Part shown: one piece after another, positions 45,901 to 58,800 of the stretch
How the letters are laid out: every line of letters starts with the position of its first letter
How positions within the stretch are numbered: the first letter of the stretch is position 1
DNA from: Nitrosopumilus sp.
GTDB taxonomy: Archaea > Thermoproteota > Nitrososphaeria > Nitrososphaerales > Nitrosopumilaceae
DNA length: 64,000 bases
Direction of reading: 5' to 3'
Assembly: GCA_965205215.1 (NCBI GenBank)
Contig: OZ242041.1
Location: 1,888,001 to 1,952,000, forward strand
Made by a program: the position numbers and the translations under genes
Notes under the pieces: model-generated
Seen by the model: the letters and a program-made list of their open reading frames with translations, nothing else
What the model was told of the DNA's origin: nothing
Database searches by the model: none

Positions 45901-46386
45901 CAGCCCGACGTCGCCCGCGTGGGCGGCGTGCACCTCTGCGGGGCCGCTCCGGACCGCCCGTATCTCAAATATGCCGTGGTTCATGCCGGGCGGTATGGTC
46001 GTAGTATCGGGTATGCTGACGGACGCGGATCCGGTTGCCAGGTGTATGGTCCGGTCAGACATTGCGCCAAAGGGCGCGGGCCTGTCGGTTACGGCGACCC
46101 CCTGGTACGTCTGGCCCGCGATCATCTTGTCCGGTATGTGCAGGTAGAGCGCGGCCTCTGCCGGGGCCGCGCCAAACGGGGCGGCGTGCCCGCCGCCGGC
46201 AGCCGTATCCACAAGGGTAAGAAGGGAGACCGCGGCGGCGGCGCATATCGCCATCAAAAAGTACGCTGCCTGCCGCGATCTCACGACATGTGGATTCCGA
46301 ATCTGATAAAAGGCGGCACGCGCACCGGAGCCGTCATTAACGGGATGGCGTATTGGCCGGGACGCGTACTGGCCCGTCAGGACCAT
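42997..46386 (-). CDS. Large secreted beta-rich surface protein with C-terminal TM anchor (adhesin/pilus accessory-like)
   Basis: Signal-like hydrophobic segment, Ig-like strand patterns, GGSGGGIYPYG...W repeat-like module, C-terminal TM; directly upstream of the TadC-like gene. Confidence 0.8.
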   Translation of the reverse strand: MVLTGQYASRPIRHPVNDGSGARAAFYQIRNPHVVRSRQAAYFLMAICAAAAVSLLTLVDTAAGGGHAAPFGAAPAEAALYLHIPDKMIAGQTYQGVAVTDRPAPFGAMSDRTIHLATGSASVSIPDTTTIPPGMNHGIFEIRAVRSGPAEVHAAHAGDVGLAGGTVFSPYAGPRGLDLVMPGNLTSASDVTAVVVMLDGNGYPVQAVRDTDVRVAASGMIGVPRTVHIAEGQTHAAFALQVNGSGSVTAAAAGLEADVERIAYERDAVRVHVAAVPDVVLQGGVIHYVIWMERGGDGDDGVVVGGSPFHPPRTIRGELQTTDVDVVRLTESVPANRDANSDTIVVRNGVARGVAYAGLEPGHAVLTATIPGYGVASAQVCVGAVVFGGANGGADRDGADDGGGVLQMPENGTAARDTGAAGAGNAAAAAAPAGCGDSTVETFREYAQRIIGEHARSAIQGGHQGIPKIPRELPDQPPANHVRFWIYPDVTSHAARGTVGFYHLETETVHTVTYDENGTKIDTESEYTRLIPARTDYHRVTVAAPHGDILVQPVHVAHPTRYTNAYDFPIFAGREGAYDVSVTSGGRTDTGTLRVVAPYGADYRLQLVPVPAISGGVQPLYMASITDGKGRIIDVYDEFGRDRTISAAFGDGRVENVSVGTLSSSSSNTAVIYGAVAGETGVVATLEGSPGAAGPARGTITPGGVPVSIEMAVPSVVHSGEDFPVAIHTVDPFGVPVEKVGAAAPSSAEEGAGVTPSVAATGFLYSNGTAAAVSGAGSHMVGILHYLGGGIQKEIVSFLNLMNLTADAPPRVAAGEPFEIRVVSPITITTAAGAPPPADGHGNDGGDGAAGAARAPPISYEVADSPWPAEQTAPGVFRVTPTTQGDAVIVVRGHLDGFEPGSVSVPVHSEMAVLLNVDAVSDDGGSGLEVEFSLGNGTTLATPFETVLSHPVHLQLEFPDTIDSGYGLLDVVYGGGGGYLTDGDGDGIYDAIRVGPGDDTVTVTAIYENSVQVFVTGGSGGGIYPYGADVQVRAEPGHVIPYLIPERLAYWEGAPGKPSSFVMQAHRDIEMAAVYEPDYARVVYIILAAAAAAAGYVVCRRAGSRISYVIYGALDGVTKGGGGSPRTRP

Positions 46387-46856
46387 CGGCAGCCTTCAGA
46401 ACGAGGCAGGACAGGCACTGCCGAACCAAGTCGTATTGTAGCTGAACGCGCCTCCCTCCAGATATTGGACAGACCCGCGATCCTCGAATCCGCATGCCCC
46501 GCCATTTTGGACACTGGTGCAAATCCGGGAGATAGGCACAAAAAATAAGGGGATTGGGGACTCAGTTTCCTTCCGGCACGGATGGTTCTTCGTTGCCCCC
46601 CGACAAACTTCCCCACCAGGGCTTTGCATATCACGGCCTTTGCGTCCTTGTCGTCAAACGGCTCGGACGGGAGCCGGGCCGCCCGTCCACCGGACAGTCT
46701 CTTGATTGCGGCCTCCAGTTCCGCAGCCCCTGCTTCCAGTGTATTGACTCGATCCTCCAGGGCGGCAACGCCGGCCGTTCTGGGCGTTGCAGGCGGCACG
46801 GGGGGCGGCAACGCCGGCGGTATCGAGTACGGCGATGCCGTACGGCCGGGGGCGGA

Positions 46857-49800
46857 TCACCTGCATACACGCGGGGCGCCCGGCTGCGGCGGCGCGGTCG
46901 GCGGCACGTCTTCGGGGCCGGGCGGCTGTGCGCCCTTGGTGGAGATTGTCACGAGGTTGGAGACGGGCGACGCCCCGCCGGGGTTGACGGCGGCCACGCC
47001 GAACTCGTAGGCGGTGTCAGGTTCTAATCCGTGCACGGTGTGCGAGGTGCCGGGGCCGCCCGTACTGCCAACCGGCACCAGGTCGGACTGGACGGCGGGT
47101 ATCCGGAACACGACTGCGTACCCGGTTATGGACTCGTCCCCGGGATCGTCCCAGGCCAACGTCACAGAGTCTGCCGTGGAGGAGGCCGTGAGGTTGGTCG
47201 GGGCGGAGGGCGGCGGCGGCGGCGGCGCGTCCCGGACGGTTATGGTAACCGTGTCAGTGGACGTATCGCTGCCGTCGGAGACCGCGAGCGTGAACGTATA
47301 GTCGGTATGGGATGCGACGGCGGGCGCCGTAAAGGAGGGGGCCGGGGTGTCGGGGTTGTCCAGGGCTATGCCGTGCGGGGCAGTCCAGGCGTACGCCAGC
47401 GGATCGCCGTCCGGGTCAGAGGACGCGGAGCCGTCCAGTGTGACTGTAGCGCCCCCGTCCACCACCCGGTCAGGTCCCGCGTCTGCGGCAGGCGGGGAGT
47501 TGGGCGGCGGTGGCGGTGGCGGTGGCGGTGGCGGTGGCGGTGGCGGTGGCGGTGGCGGTGGCGGTGGCGGTGGCGGTGGCGTACCCCGACCGAGCGACTT
47601 GATCGTTATCGTGACTGTGTCGGTGTCTGAAAGGGAGCCGTCAGAGACGTTTAGGGTGATGGTGTAGGCAGTACCGTCTGCGACGTCAGGGGCCGTGAAG
47701 AACGGTGATTGGGCGGTGTCCTTGTTCAACGTTATGCCCGCAGGCGCGGTCCATTTGTACGTCAGGGTATCGCCGTCGGGGTCAGAGGACGCGGATCCGT
47801 TCAGTATTACGGGGGTTCCCGCGTTTGCCTCTTGATCTGCGCCGGCGTCCGCGACGGGGGCGCGGTTGGCCTCGCGCACGGTTACGGTTACGGTGTCCGT
47901 GTCAAATAGGGTGCCGTCGGTGACGTTGAGGGTGACGACGTAGTCCGTGTCCGACGAAACATCGGGGGCCGTGAACGTGGGGGACTGGGCGGCGGTATCG
48001 CTGAGTGTTATGCCCGCAGGCGCGGTCCAGCTGTACGTTATGGTGTCGCCGTCCGGATCCGAGGATGCAGAACCGTCTAGGGTGACGAGGGTCCGCTCTG
48101 ACGCGGCCTTGTCTGCGCCGGCGTCCGCGACGGGGGCGCGGTTGACGTTCCGGACGGTTACGGTTACGGTGTCCGTGTCGGACAGGGTGCCGTCGGTGAC
48201 GTTGAGGGTGACGACGTAGTCCGTGTCGGACGTGACCTCGGGGGCCGTGAACGTGGGGGACTGGGCGGCGGCGTCGGTGAACGTCAGGCCCGGCACCGAG
48301 GTCCAGCTGTACGTTATGGTGTCGCCGTCCGGATCCGAGGAGCCGGAGCCGTCGAGGGTGATGGTCGCCCGTTCAGATGCGGTCCGGTTCGCGCCGGCGT
48401 CCGCGACGGGGGCGCGGTTGGTCTCCCTTACGGTTATGGTGACGGTGTCCGTGTCGGACAGGGTGCCGTCGGTGACGTTGAGGGTGACGACGTAGTCCGT
48501 GTCCGACGAAACATCGGGGGCCGTGAACGTGGGTGACGCGGTGGTGGCGCCGGTGAGTGTTATGCCCGCAGGCGCGGTCCAGCTGTACGTTATGGTGTCG
48601 CCGTCCGGGTCACTGGATGAGGAGCCGTCGAGGGTGACGAGGGTCCGCTCTGACGCGGCCTTGTCTGCGCCGGCGTCCGCGACGGGGGCGCGGTTGACGT
48701 TCCGGACGGTTACGGTTACGGTATCCGTGTTGGACAGGGTGCCGTCGGTGACGTTGAGGGTGACGACGTAGTCCGTGTCGGACGTGACCTCGGGGGCCGT
48801 GAACGTGGGGGACTGGGCGGCGACGTTGTCAAACGTCAGGCCCGGCACCGAGGTCCAGCTGTACGTTATGGTGTCGCCGTCCGGATCCGAGGAGCCGGAG
48901 CCGGTGAGTGTGACGGTGGTCCGCTCGTCGGCCGACTGGTCCGCACCGGCGTCCGCGACGGGGGCGCGGTTGACCTCGCGCACCGTTATGGTGACGGTGT
49001 CCGTGTCGGACAGGGTGCCGTCGGAGACGTTGAGGGTGAAGGTGTAGCTGGTGTCCGATGTCACGTCGGGGGCCGTGAACGTGGGGGACTGGGCGGCGGT
49101 ATCGCTGAGTGTTATGCCCGCGGGCGCCGTCCAGCTGTACGTTATGGTGTCGCCGTCCGGGTCAGACGACGCGGAGCCGTCGAGGGTGACGAGGGTACGC
49201 TCGTCCGCGGTTTGGTTGGCGCCGGCGTCCGCGGTGGGGGCGCGGTTGACCTCCCGTACGGTTACGGTTACGGTGTCCGTGTCAAATAGGGAGCCGTCGG
49301 TGACGTTGAGGGTGAAGGTGTAGCCGGTGTCCGATGTCACGTCGGGGGCCGTGAACGTGGGGGACTGGGCGGCGGCGTCGCTCAGGGTGATGCCCGCGGG
49401 CGCCGTCCAGCTGTACGTTATGGTGTCGCCGTCCGGGTCAGACGACGCGGAGCCGTCGAGGGTGACGAGGGTACGCTCGTCCGCGGTTTGGTTGGCGCCG
49501 GCGTCCGCGGTGGGGGCGCGGTTGACCTCCCGTACGGTTACGGTTACGGTGTCCGTGTCAAATAGGGAGCCGTCGGTGACGTTGAGGGTGAAGGTGTAGC
49601 CGGTGTCCGATGTCACGTCGGGGGCCGTGAACGTGGGGGACTGGGCGGCGGCGTCGCTCAGGGTGATGCCCGCGGGCGCCGTCCAGCTGTACGTTATGGT
49701 GTCGCCGTCCGGGTCAGACGACGCGGAGCCGTCGAGGGTGACGAGGGTACGCTCGTCCGCGGTTTGGTTGGCGCCGGCGTCCGCGGTGGGGGCGCGGTTG

Positions 49801-52800
49801 ACCTCCCGTACGGTTACGGTTACGGTGTCCGTGTCAAATAGGGAGCCGTCGGTGACGTTGAGGGTGAAGGTGTAGCCGGTGTCCGATGTCACGTCGGGGG
49901 CCGTGAACGTGGGGGACTGGGCGGCGGCGTCGCTCAGGGTGATGCCCGCGGGCGCCGTCCAGCTGTACGTTATGGTGTCGCCGTCCGGGTCAGACGACGC
50001 GGAGCCGTCTAGGGTGACGGTGGTCCGCTCGCTTGCCGACTGGTTGGCGCCGGCGTCGGCCACGGGGGCGCGGTTGACGTGCCGCACCGTTACGGTTACG
50101 GTGTCCGTGTCGGACAGGGTGCCGTCGGAGACTTCCAGCGTCAGGGTATAGTCGGTGTCAGACGTAACTTCGGGGGCCGTGAACGTGGGGGACTGGGCCG
50201 CGGCGTTGTCAAACGTCAGGCTAGGCACCGAGGTCCAGCTGTACGTTATGGTGTCGTTGTCAGGATCCGAGGATGCAGAGCCGTCGAGGGTGACGAGGGT
50301 ACGCTCGTCCGCGGTTTGGTTGGCGCCGGCGTCCGCGGTGGGGGCGCGGTTGACCTCCCGTACGGTTACGGTTACGGTGTCCGTGTCGGACAGGGTGCCG
50401 TCGGTGACGTTGAGGGTGAAGGTGTAGCCGGTGTCCGATGTCACGTCGGGGGCCGTGAACGTGGGGGACTGGGCGGCGGCGTCGCTCAGGGTGATGCCCG
50501 CGGGCGCCATCCAGCTGTACGTTATGGTGTCGCCGTCCGGGTCAGACGACGCGGAGCCGTCTAGGGTGACGGTGGTCCGCTCGCTTGCCGACTGGTTGGC
50601 GCCGGCGTCGGCCACGGGGGCGCGGTTGACGTGCCGCACCGTTACGGTTACGGTGTCCGTGTCGGACAGGGTGCCGTCGGTGACGTTGAGGGTGAAGGTG
50701 TAGCCGGTGTCCGATGTCACGTCGGGGGCCGTGAACGTGGGGGACTGGGCGGCGGCGTTGCTCAGGGTGATGCCCGCGGGCGCCGTCCAGCTGTACGTCA
50801 GCGCGTCGTTGTCCGGGTCCGAGGATGCAGAGCCGTCGAGGGTGACGAGGGTACGCTCGTCCGCGGTTTGGTTGGCGCCGGCGTCCGCGGTGGGGGCGCG
50901 GTTGACCTCCCGTACGGTTACGGTTACGGTGTCCGTGTCGGACAGGGTGCCGTCGGTGACGTTGAGGGTGAAGGTGTAGCCGGTGTCCGATGTCACGTCG
51001 GGGGCCGTGAACGTGGGGGACTGGGCGGCGGCGTCGCTCAGGGTGATGCCCGCGGGCGCCATCCAGCTGTACGTTATGGTGTCGCCGTCCGGGTCAGACG
51101 ACGCGGAGCCGTCTAGGGTGACGGTGGTCCGCTCGCTTGCCGACTGGTTGGCGCCGGCGTCGGCCACGGGGGCGCGGTTGACGTGCCGCACCGTTACGGT
51201 TACGGTGTCCGTGTCGGACAGGGTGCCGTCGGAGACTTCCAGCGTCAGGGTGTAGTCGGTGTCAGACGTAACTTCGGGGGCCGTGAACGTGGGGGACTGG
51301 GCCGCGGCGTTGTCAAACGTCAGGCTAGGCACCGAGGTCCAGCTGTACGTTATGGTGTCGTTGTCAGGATCCGAGGATGCAGAGCCGTCGAGGGTGACGA
51401 GGGTACGCTCGTCCGCGGTTTGGTTGGCGCCGGCGTCCGCGGTGGGGGCGCGGTTGACCTCCCGTACGGTTACGGTTACGGTGTCCGTGTCAAATAGGGA
51501 GCCGTCGGTGACGTTGAGGGTGAAGGTGTAGCCGGTGTCCGATGTCACGTCGGGGGCCGTGAACGTGGGGGACTGGGCGGCGGCGTTGCTCAGGGTGATG
51601 CCCGCGGGCGCCGTCCAGGCGTACGTCAGGGCGTCGTTGTCCGGATCCGAGGATGCAGAGCCGTCTAGGGTGACGGTGGTCCGCTCGGACGCGGCCTTGT
51701 CTGCGCCGGCGTCCGCGACGGGGGCGCGGTTGACGTGCCGGACGGTTATGGTAACGGTGTCCGTGTCGGACAGGGTGCCGTCGGAGACTTCCAGCGTCAG
51801 GGTGTAGTCGGTGTCCGACGTAACTTCGGGGGCCGTGAACGTGGGGGACTGGGCGGCGGCGTCGCTCAGGGTGATGCCCGCAGGGGCGGTCCAGCTGTAC
51901 GTTATGGTGTTGTTGTCAGGGTCGGACGACGCGGAGCCGTCGAGGGTGACGAGGGTCCGCTCGTCCACGGTCTGACCGGTTCCGGCGTCGGCGACGGGCG
52001 GGAAGTTATCGCGCAGGGATACCAGCTCGAACTGCCGCGTGTTGTTGGTACCGAACAGGCCGGCGGTGGAGGCGGCCCCTATGCTTATGTAGTACGTGGG
52101 TTTTGCGGGGGCGTCGGGCTTTATGGACAGGATGTTGCCGGATATGGCAAAGTGTGAGTTGTCACGGTAACCGTCTGGAAGCGAGTAGTCGGGGCTTTGA
52201 TTGCGCAGAAAGCTGTTCTGTGCCCTGATCTGCGCCACGTAGGTATTGTCCTCATTTACGCTCGTGTTGTTGAGTAGGATATACCAAGGCCCCAGGTTCT
52301 GATCAAAGGCGTCGGCGCCGTCGAACATCTGGTTCATGGAGACCGCACTCGAGACGTTCCAGCCGGATATGTTGGCGTTGAAGGACGCGGCGTGGAGGAA
52401 CATGAAGCTCGTGTCGGTGACGCCGGAGGTGTCCCAGCCGGATATGTCGCCGTTGAAGGACGTGGCGCCCGAGAACATGAATCTCGTGTCGGTGACGCCG
52501 GAGGTGTCCCAGCCGGATATGTCGCCGTTGAAGGACGTGGCGCCCGAGAACATGGAGCTCATGCCGGTGACGCTCGAGACGTTCCAGCCGGATATGTCGC
52601 CGTTGAAGGACGTGGCGCCCGAGAACATGGAGCTCATGCCGGTGACGCTCGAGACGTTCCAGCCGGATATGTCGCCGTTGAAGGACGTGGCGCCCGAGAA
52701 CATGGAGCTCATGCCGGTGACGCTCGAGACGTTCCAGCCGGATATGTCGCCGTTGAAGGACGTGGCGCCCGAGAACATACTTGTCGTGTCGGTGACGCCG

Positions 52801-55800
52801 GAGGTGTCCCAGCCGGACATGTCGCCGTTGAAGGACGTGGCGCCCGAGAACATGTAGCTCGTGTCGGTGACGCTCGAGACGTTCCAGCCGGATATGTCGC
52901 CGTTGAAGGACGTGGCGCCCGAGAACATGTAGCTCGTGTCGGTGACGCTCGAGACGTTCCAGCCGGATATGTCGCCGTTGAAGGACGTGGCGGCGAGGAA
53001 CATGGCGTTCATGCCGGTGACGCTCGAGACGTTCCAGCCGGATATGTCGCCGTTGAAGGACGTGGCGGCGAGGAACATGGCGTTCATGCCGGTGACGCTC
53101 GAGACGTTCCAGCCGGATATGTCGCCGTTGAAGGACTCGGCGCCCGAGAACATGGAGCTCATGCCGGTGACGCTCGAGACGTTCCAGCCGGATATGTCGC
53201 CGTTGAAGGACTCGGCGTGGAGGAACATGAAGCTCGTGTCGGTGACGCCGGAGGTGTCCCAGCCTGATATGTTGCCGTTGAAGGACTCGGCATTTTCGAA
53301 CATGCTGTCCATGCGTGTTACGCCGGAGGTGTCCCAGCCGGACATGTCGCCGTTGAAGGACGTGGCGCCCGAGAACATGGAGCTCATGTCGGTGACGCCT
53401 GAGAGGTCCGGAGAGTCGGACGCATTGTACGTCATGCTGCTCGAGTCCCTGAACGCGGACGCCATGGACGACCACCGCGCGTAGCCCCACTGATCGATGC
53501 GCTGCAGCTTTTGGGCGTTTGCACTGTCGCCGCCTAGGAATATCCTCGTAAAGTCACCGGAGATCCGGACCGTGTAGTTTCCTGCAGAGGCGTACGTGTG
53601 GGATTGATCTCCCGTCACGCTGCTGCTGTTGGTGCCGTCGCCCCAGTATATGCTGTACGTGCCGGTGGCTCCGTCCACTGGAATCGTTATGGTCCTGTCG
53701 TTCATGGCGACTCCCCACATGGTGACAAAGTCCTCGTCAGGGTCGGCGCGGACGGTTACGGTAACCGTGTCGGCGGCGTAAAGCGTGCCGTCCGAGACGT
53801 TGAGCGTAAAGGTGTAGTCGGTGTCGGTTGTGACGCCGGGGGCCGTGAACGTGGGGGACTGGGCGGCGGTATCGCTGAGGGTGATGCCCGCAGGGGCGGT
53901 CCAGTTGTACGTCAGCGCGTCGTTGTCCGGGTCCGAGGATGCAGAGCCGTCGAGCGTGACGAGGGTACGCTCGTCCGCGGTCTGGTTGGCGCCGGCGTCG
54001 GCGACGGGGGCGCGGTTGACCTCGCGCACCGTTATGGTGACGGTGTCCGTGTCGGACAGGGTGCCGTCGGTGACGTTGAGGGTGAAGGTGTAGCCGGTGT
54101 CCGATGTCACGTCGGGGGCCGTGAACGTGGGGGACTGGGCGGCGGTGTCGCTCAGGGTGATGCCCGCAGGAGCGGTCCAGTTGTACGTTATGGTGTCGCC
54201 GTCGGGGTCAGACGACGCGGAGCCGTCGAGCGTGACGAGGGTCCGCTCGGACGCGGCCTTGTCTGCGCCAGCGTCCGCGTCGGGGGCGCGGTTGACGTGC
54301 CGCACCGTTATCGTGACGGTGTCCGTGTCAAACAGCTGGCCGTCGGTGACGTTGAGTGTGATGGTGTAGTTTGTATCGGACGCGACATCGGGGGCCGTGA
54401 ACGTGGGGGACTGGGCGGCGACATCGCTCAGGGTGATGCCCGCAGGGGCGGTCCAGCTGTACGTTATGGTGTCGCCGTCGGGGTCAGACGACGCGGAGCC
54501 GTCGAGGGTGACGAGGGTCCGCTCGTCCGCGGTCTGGTTGGCGCCGGCGTCCGCGACGGGGGCGCGGTTGACGTGCCGCACCGTTATCGTGACGGTGTCC
54601 GTGTCAAATAGGGAGCCGTCGGTGACGTTGAGGGTGAAGGTGTAGCCGGTGTCCGATGTCACGTCGGGGGCCGTGAACGTGGGGGACTGGGCGGCGGTGT
54701 CGCTCAGGGTGATGCCCGCAGGGGCGGTCCAGCTGTACGTTATGGTGTCGCCGTCGGGGTCAGACGACGCGGAGCCGTCGAGCGTGACGAGGGTACGCTC
54801 GTCCGCGGTCTGGTTGGCGCCGGCGTCCGCGACGGGGGCGCGGTTGACGTGCCGCACCGTTATCGTGACGGTGTCCGTGTCAAATAGGGAGCCGTCGGTG
54901 ACGTTGAGGGTGAAGGTGTAGCCGGTGTCCGATGTCACGTCGGGGGCCGTGAACGTGGGGGACTGGGCGGCGGTATCGCTCAGGGTGATGCCCGCAGGGG
55001 CGGTCCAGTTGTACGTCAGCGCGTCGTTGTCCGGGTCCGAGGATGCAGAGCCGTCGAGCGTGACGAGGGTACGCTCGTCCGCGGTCTGGTTGGCGCCGGC
55101 GTCCGCGACGGGGGCGCGGTTGACGTGCCGCACCGTTATCGTGACGGTGTCCGTGTCAAATAGGGAGCCGTCGGTGACGTTGAGGGTGAAGGTGTAGCCG
55201 GTGTCCGATGTCACGTCGGGGGCCGTGAACGTGGGGGACTGGGCGGCGGTATCGCTCAGGGTGATGCCCGCAGGGGCGGTCCAGTTGTACGTCAGCGCGT
55301 CGTTGTCCGGGTCCGAGGATGCAGAGCCGTCGAGCGTGACGAGGGTACGCTCGTCCGCGGTCTGGTTGGCGCCGGCATCGGCGGTGGGGGCGCGGTTGAC
55401 CTCGCGCACCGTTATGGTGACGGTGTCCGTGTCAAACAGCTGGCCGTCGGTGACGTTGAGGGTGAAGGTGTAGCCGGTGTCCGATGTCACGTCGGGGGCC
55501 GTGAACGTGGGGGACTGGGCGGCGACATCGCTCAGGGTGATGCCCGCAGGGGCGGTCCAGCTGTACGTTATGGTGTCGCCGTCGGGGTCAGACGACGCGG
55601 AGCCGTCGAGCGTGACGAGGGTCCGCTCGGACGCGGCCTTGTCTGCGCCAGCGTCCGCGTCGGGGGCGCGGTTGACGTGCCGCACCGTTATCGTGACGGT
55701 GTCCGTGTCAAACAGCTGGCCGTCGGTGACGTTGAGTGTGATGGTGTAGTTTGTATCGGACGCGACATCGGGGGCCGTGAACGTGGGGGACTGGGCGGCG

Positions 55801-58800
55801 ACATCGCTCAGGGTGATGCCCGCAGGGGCGGTCCAGCTGTACGTTATGGTGTCGCCGTCGGGATCCGAGGATGCAGAGCCGTCGAGCGTGACGAGGGTAC
55901 GCTCGTCCGCGGTCTGGTTGGCGCCGGCGTCCGCGACGGGGGCGCGGTTGACGTGCCGCACCGTTATCGTGACGGTGTCCGTGTCAAATAGGGAGCCGTC
56001 GGTGACGTTGAGGGTGAAGGTGTAGCCGGTGTCCGATGTCACGTCGGGGGCCGTGAACGTGGGGGACTGGGCGGCGGTATCGCTCAGGGTGATGCCCGCA
56101 GGGGCGGTCCAGTTGACGTGAACGTGGGGGACTGGGCGGCGGTATCGCTCAGGGTGATGCCCGCAGGGGCGGTCCAGTTGTACGTCAGCGCGTCGTTGTC
56201 CGGGTCCGAGGATGCAGAGCCGTCGAGCGTGACGAGGGTACGCTCGTCCGCGGTCTGGTTGGCGCCGGCGTCCGCGACGGGGGCGCGGTTGACGTGCCGC
56301 ACCGTTATGGTGACGGTGTCCGTGTCAAACAGCTGGCCGTCGGTGACGTTGAGGGTGAAGGTGTAGCCGGTGTCCGATGTCACGTCGGGGGCCGTGAACG
56401 TGGGGGACTGGGCGGCGGCGTCGCTCAGGGTGATGCCCGCAGGGGCGGTCCAGTTGTACGTCAGCGCGTCGTTGTCCGGGTCCGAGGATGCAGAGCCGTC
56501 GAGCGTGACGAGGGTACGCTCGTCCGCGGTCTGGTTGGCGCCGGCATCGGCGGTGGGGGCGCGGTTGACCTCGCGCACCGTTATGGTGACGGTGTCCGTG
56601 TCAAACAGCTGGCCGTCGGTGACGTTGAGGGTGAAGGTGTAGCCGGTGTCCGATGTCACGTCGGGGGCCGTGAACGTGGGGGACTGGGCGGCGACATCGC
56701 TCAGGGTGATGCCCGCAGGGGCGGTCCAGCTGTACGTTATGGTGTCGCCGTCGGGGTCAGACGACGCGGAGCCGTCGAGCGTGACGAGGGTCCGCTCGGA
56801 CGCGGCCTTGTCTGCGCCAGCGTCCGCGTCGGGGGCGCGGTTGACGTGCCGCACCGTTATCGTGACGGTGTCCGTGTCAAACAGCTGGCCGTCGGTGACG
56901 TTGAGTGTGATGGTGTAGTTTGTATCGGACGCGACATCGGGGGCCGTGAACGTGGGGGACTGGGCGGCGACATCGCTCAGGGTGATGCCCGCGGGCGCGG
57001 TCCAGTTGTACGTTATGGTGTCGCCGTCGGGATCCGAGGATGCAGAGCCGTCGAGCGTGACGAGGGTACGCTCGTCCGCGGTCTGGTTGGCGCCGGCGTC
57101 CGCGACGGGGGCGCGGTTGACGTGCCGCACCGTTATCGTGACGGTGTCCGTGTCAAATAGGGAGCCGTCGGTGACGTTGAGGGTGAAGGTGTAGCCGGTG
57201 TCCGATGTCACGTCGGGGGCCGTGAACGTGGGGGACTGGGCGGCGGTGTCGCTCAGGGTGATGCCCGCGGGCGCGGTCCAGTTGTACGTCAGCGCGTCGT
57301 TGTCCGGGTCCGAGGATGCAGAGCCGTCGAGCGTGACGAGGGTACGCTCGTCCGCGGTCTGGTTGGCGCCGGCATCGGCGGTGGGGGCGCGGTTGACCTC
57401 GCGCACCGTTATGGTGACGGTGTCCGTGTCAAACAGCTGGCCGTCGGTGACGTTGAGGGTGAAGGTGTAGCCGGTGTCCGATGTCACGTCGGGGGCCGTG
57501 AACGTGGGGGACTGGGCGGCGGCGTCGCTCAGGGTGATGCCCGCAGGGGCGGTCCAGTTGTACGTCAGCGCGTCGTTGTCCGGGTCCGAGGATGCAGAGC
57601 CGTCGAGCGTGACGAGGGTACGCTCGTCCGCGGTCTGGTTGGCGCCGGCATCGGCGGTGGGGGCGCGGTTGACCTCGCGCACCGTTATGGTGACGGTGTC
57701 CGTGTCAAACAGCTGGCCGTCGGTGACGTTGAGGGTGAAGGTGTAGCCGGTGTCCGATGTCACGTCGGGGGCCGTGAACGTGGGGGACTGGGCGGCGGCG
57801 TCGCTCAGGGTGATGCCCGCAGGGGCGGTCCAGCTGTACGTTATGGTGTCGCCGTCGGGGTCAGACGACGCGGAGCCGTCGAGCGTGACGAGGGTCCGCT
57901 CGGACGCGGCCTTGTCTGCGCCAGCGTCCGCGTCGGGGGCGCGGTTGACGTGCCGCACCGTTATCGTGACGGTGTCCGTGTCAAACAGCTGGCCGTCGGT
58001 GACGTTGAGTGTGATGGTGTAGTTTGTATCGGACGCGACATCGGGGGCCGTGAACGTGGGGGACTGGGCGGCGACATCGCTCAGGGTGATGCCCGCGGGC
58101 GCGGTCCAGTTGTACGTTATGGTGTCGCCGTCGGGATCCGAGGATGCAGAGCCGTCGAGCGTGACGAGGGTACGCTCGTCCGCGGTCTGGTTGGCGCCGG
58201 CGTCCGCGACGGGGGCGCGGTTGACGTGCCGCACCGTTATCGTGACGGTGTCCGTCAAATAGGGAGCCGTCGGTGACGTTGAGGGTGAAGGTGTAGCCGT
58301 CCGATGTCACGTCGGGGGCCGTGGGGGGACTGGGCGGCTGGTTGTCGCCGGCGTCCGCGACGGGGGCGCGGTTGACGTGCCGCACCGTTATCGTGACGGT
58401 GTCCGTGTCAAATAGGGAGCCGTCGGTGACGTGACGAGGGTACCGGTGTCCGATGTCACGTCGGGGGCCGTGAACGTGGGGGACTGGGCGGCGGTGTCGC
58501 TCAGGGTGATGCCCGCGGGCGCGGTCCAGTTGTACGTCAGCGCGTCGTTGTCCGGGTCCGAGGATGCAGAGCCGTCGAGCGTGACGAGGGTACGCTCGTC
58601 CGCGGTCTGGTTGGCGCCGGCATCGGCGGTGGGGGCGCGGTTGACCTCGCGCACCGTTATGGTGACGGTGTCCGTGTCAAACAGCTGGCCGTCGGTGACG
58701 TTGAGGGTGAAGGTGTAGCCGGTGTCCGATGTCACGTCGGGGGCCGTGAACGTGGGGGACTGGGCGGCGGTGTCGCTCAGGGTGATGCCCGCGGGCGCGG

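Larger units (their letters stand above)
9694..46386. mobile_element. Putative integrative conjugative-like element / genomic island adjacent to tRNA-Ile (right boundary unknown)
   Basis: Abrupt switch from core genes to ParM-like, TA, VirD4-like, VirB11-like, VirB6-like, pilin, TadC, IS and defence genes. No integrase or attR copy is seen in the window. Confidence 0.6.

Noticed and set aside
52330-53400. Diversity-generating retroelement acting on the variable repeats
   Set aside because: No reverse transcriptase in the window, and the variation is block-wise rather than adenine-specific.
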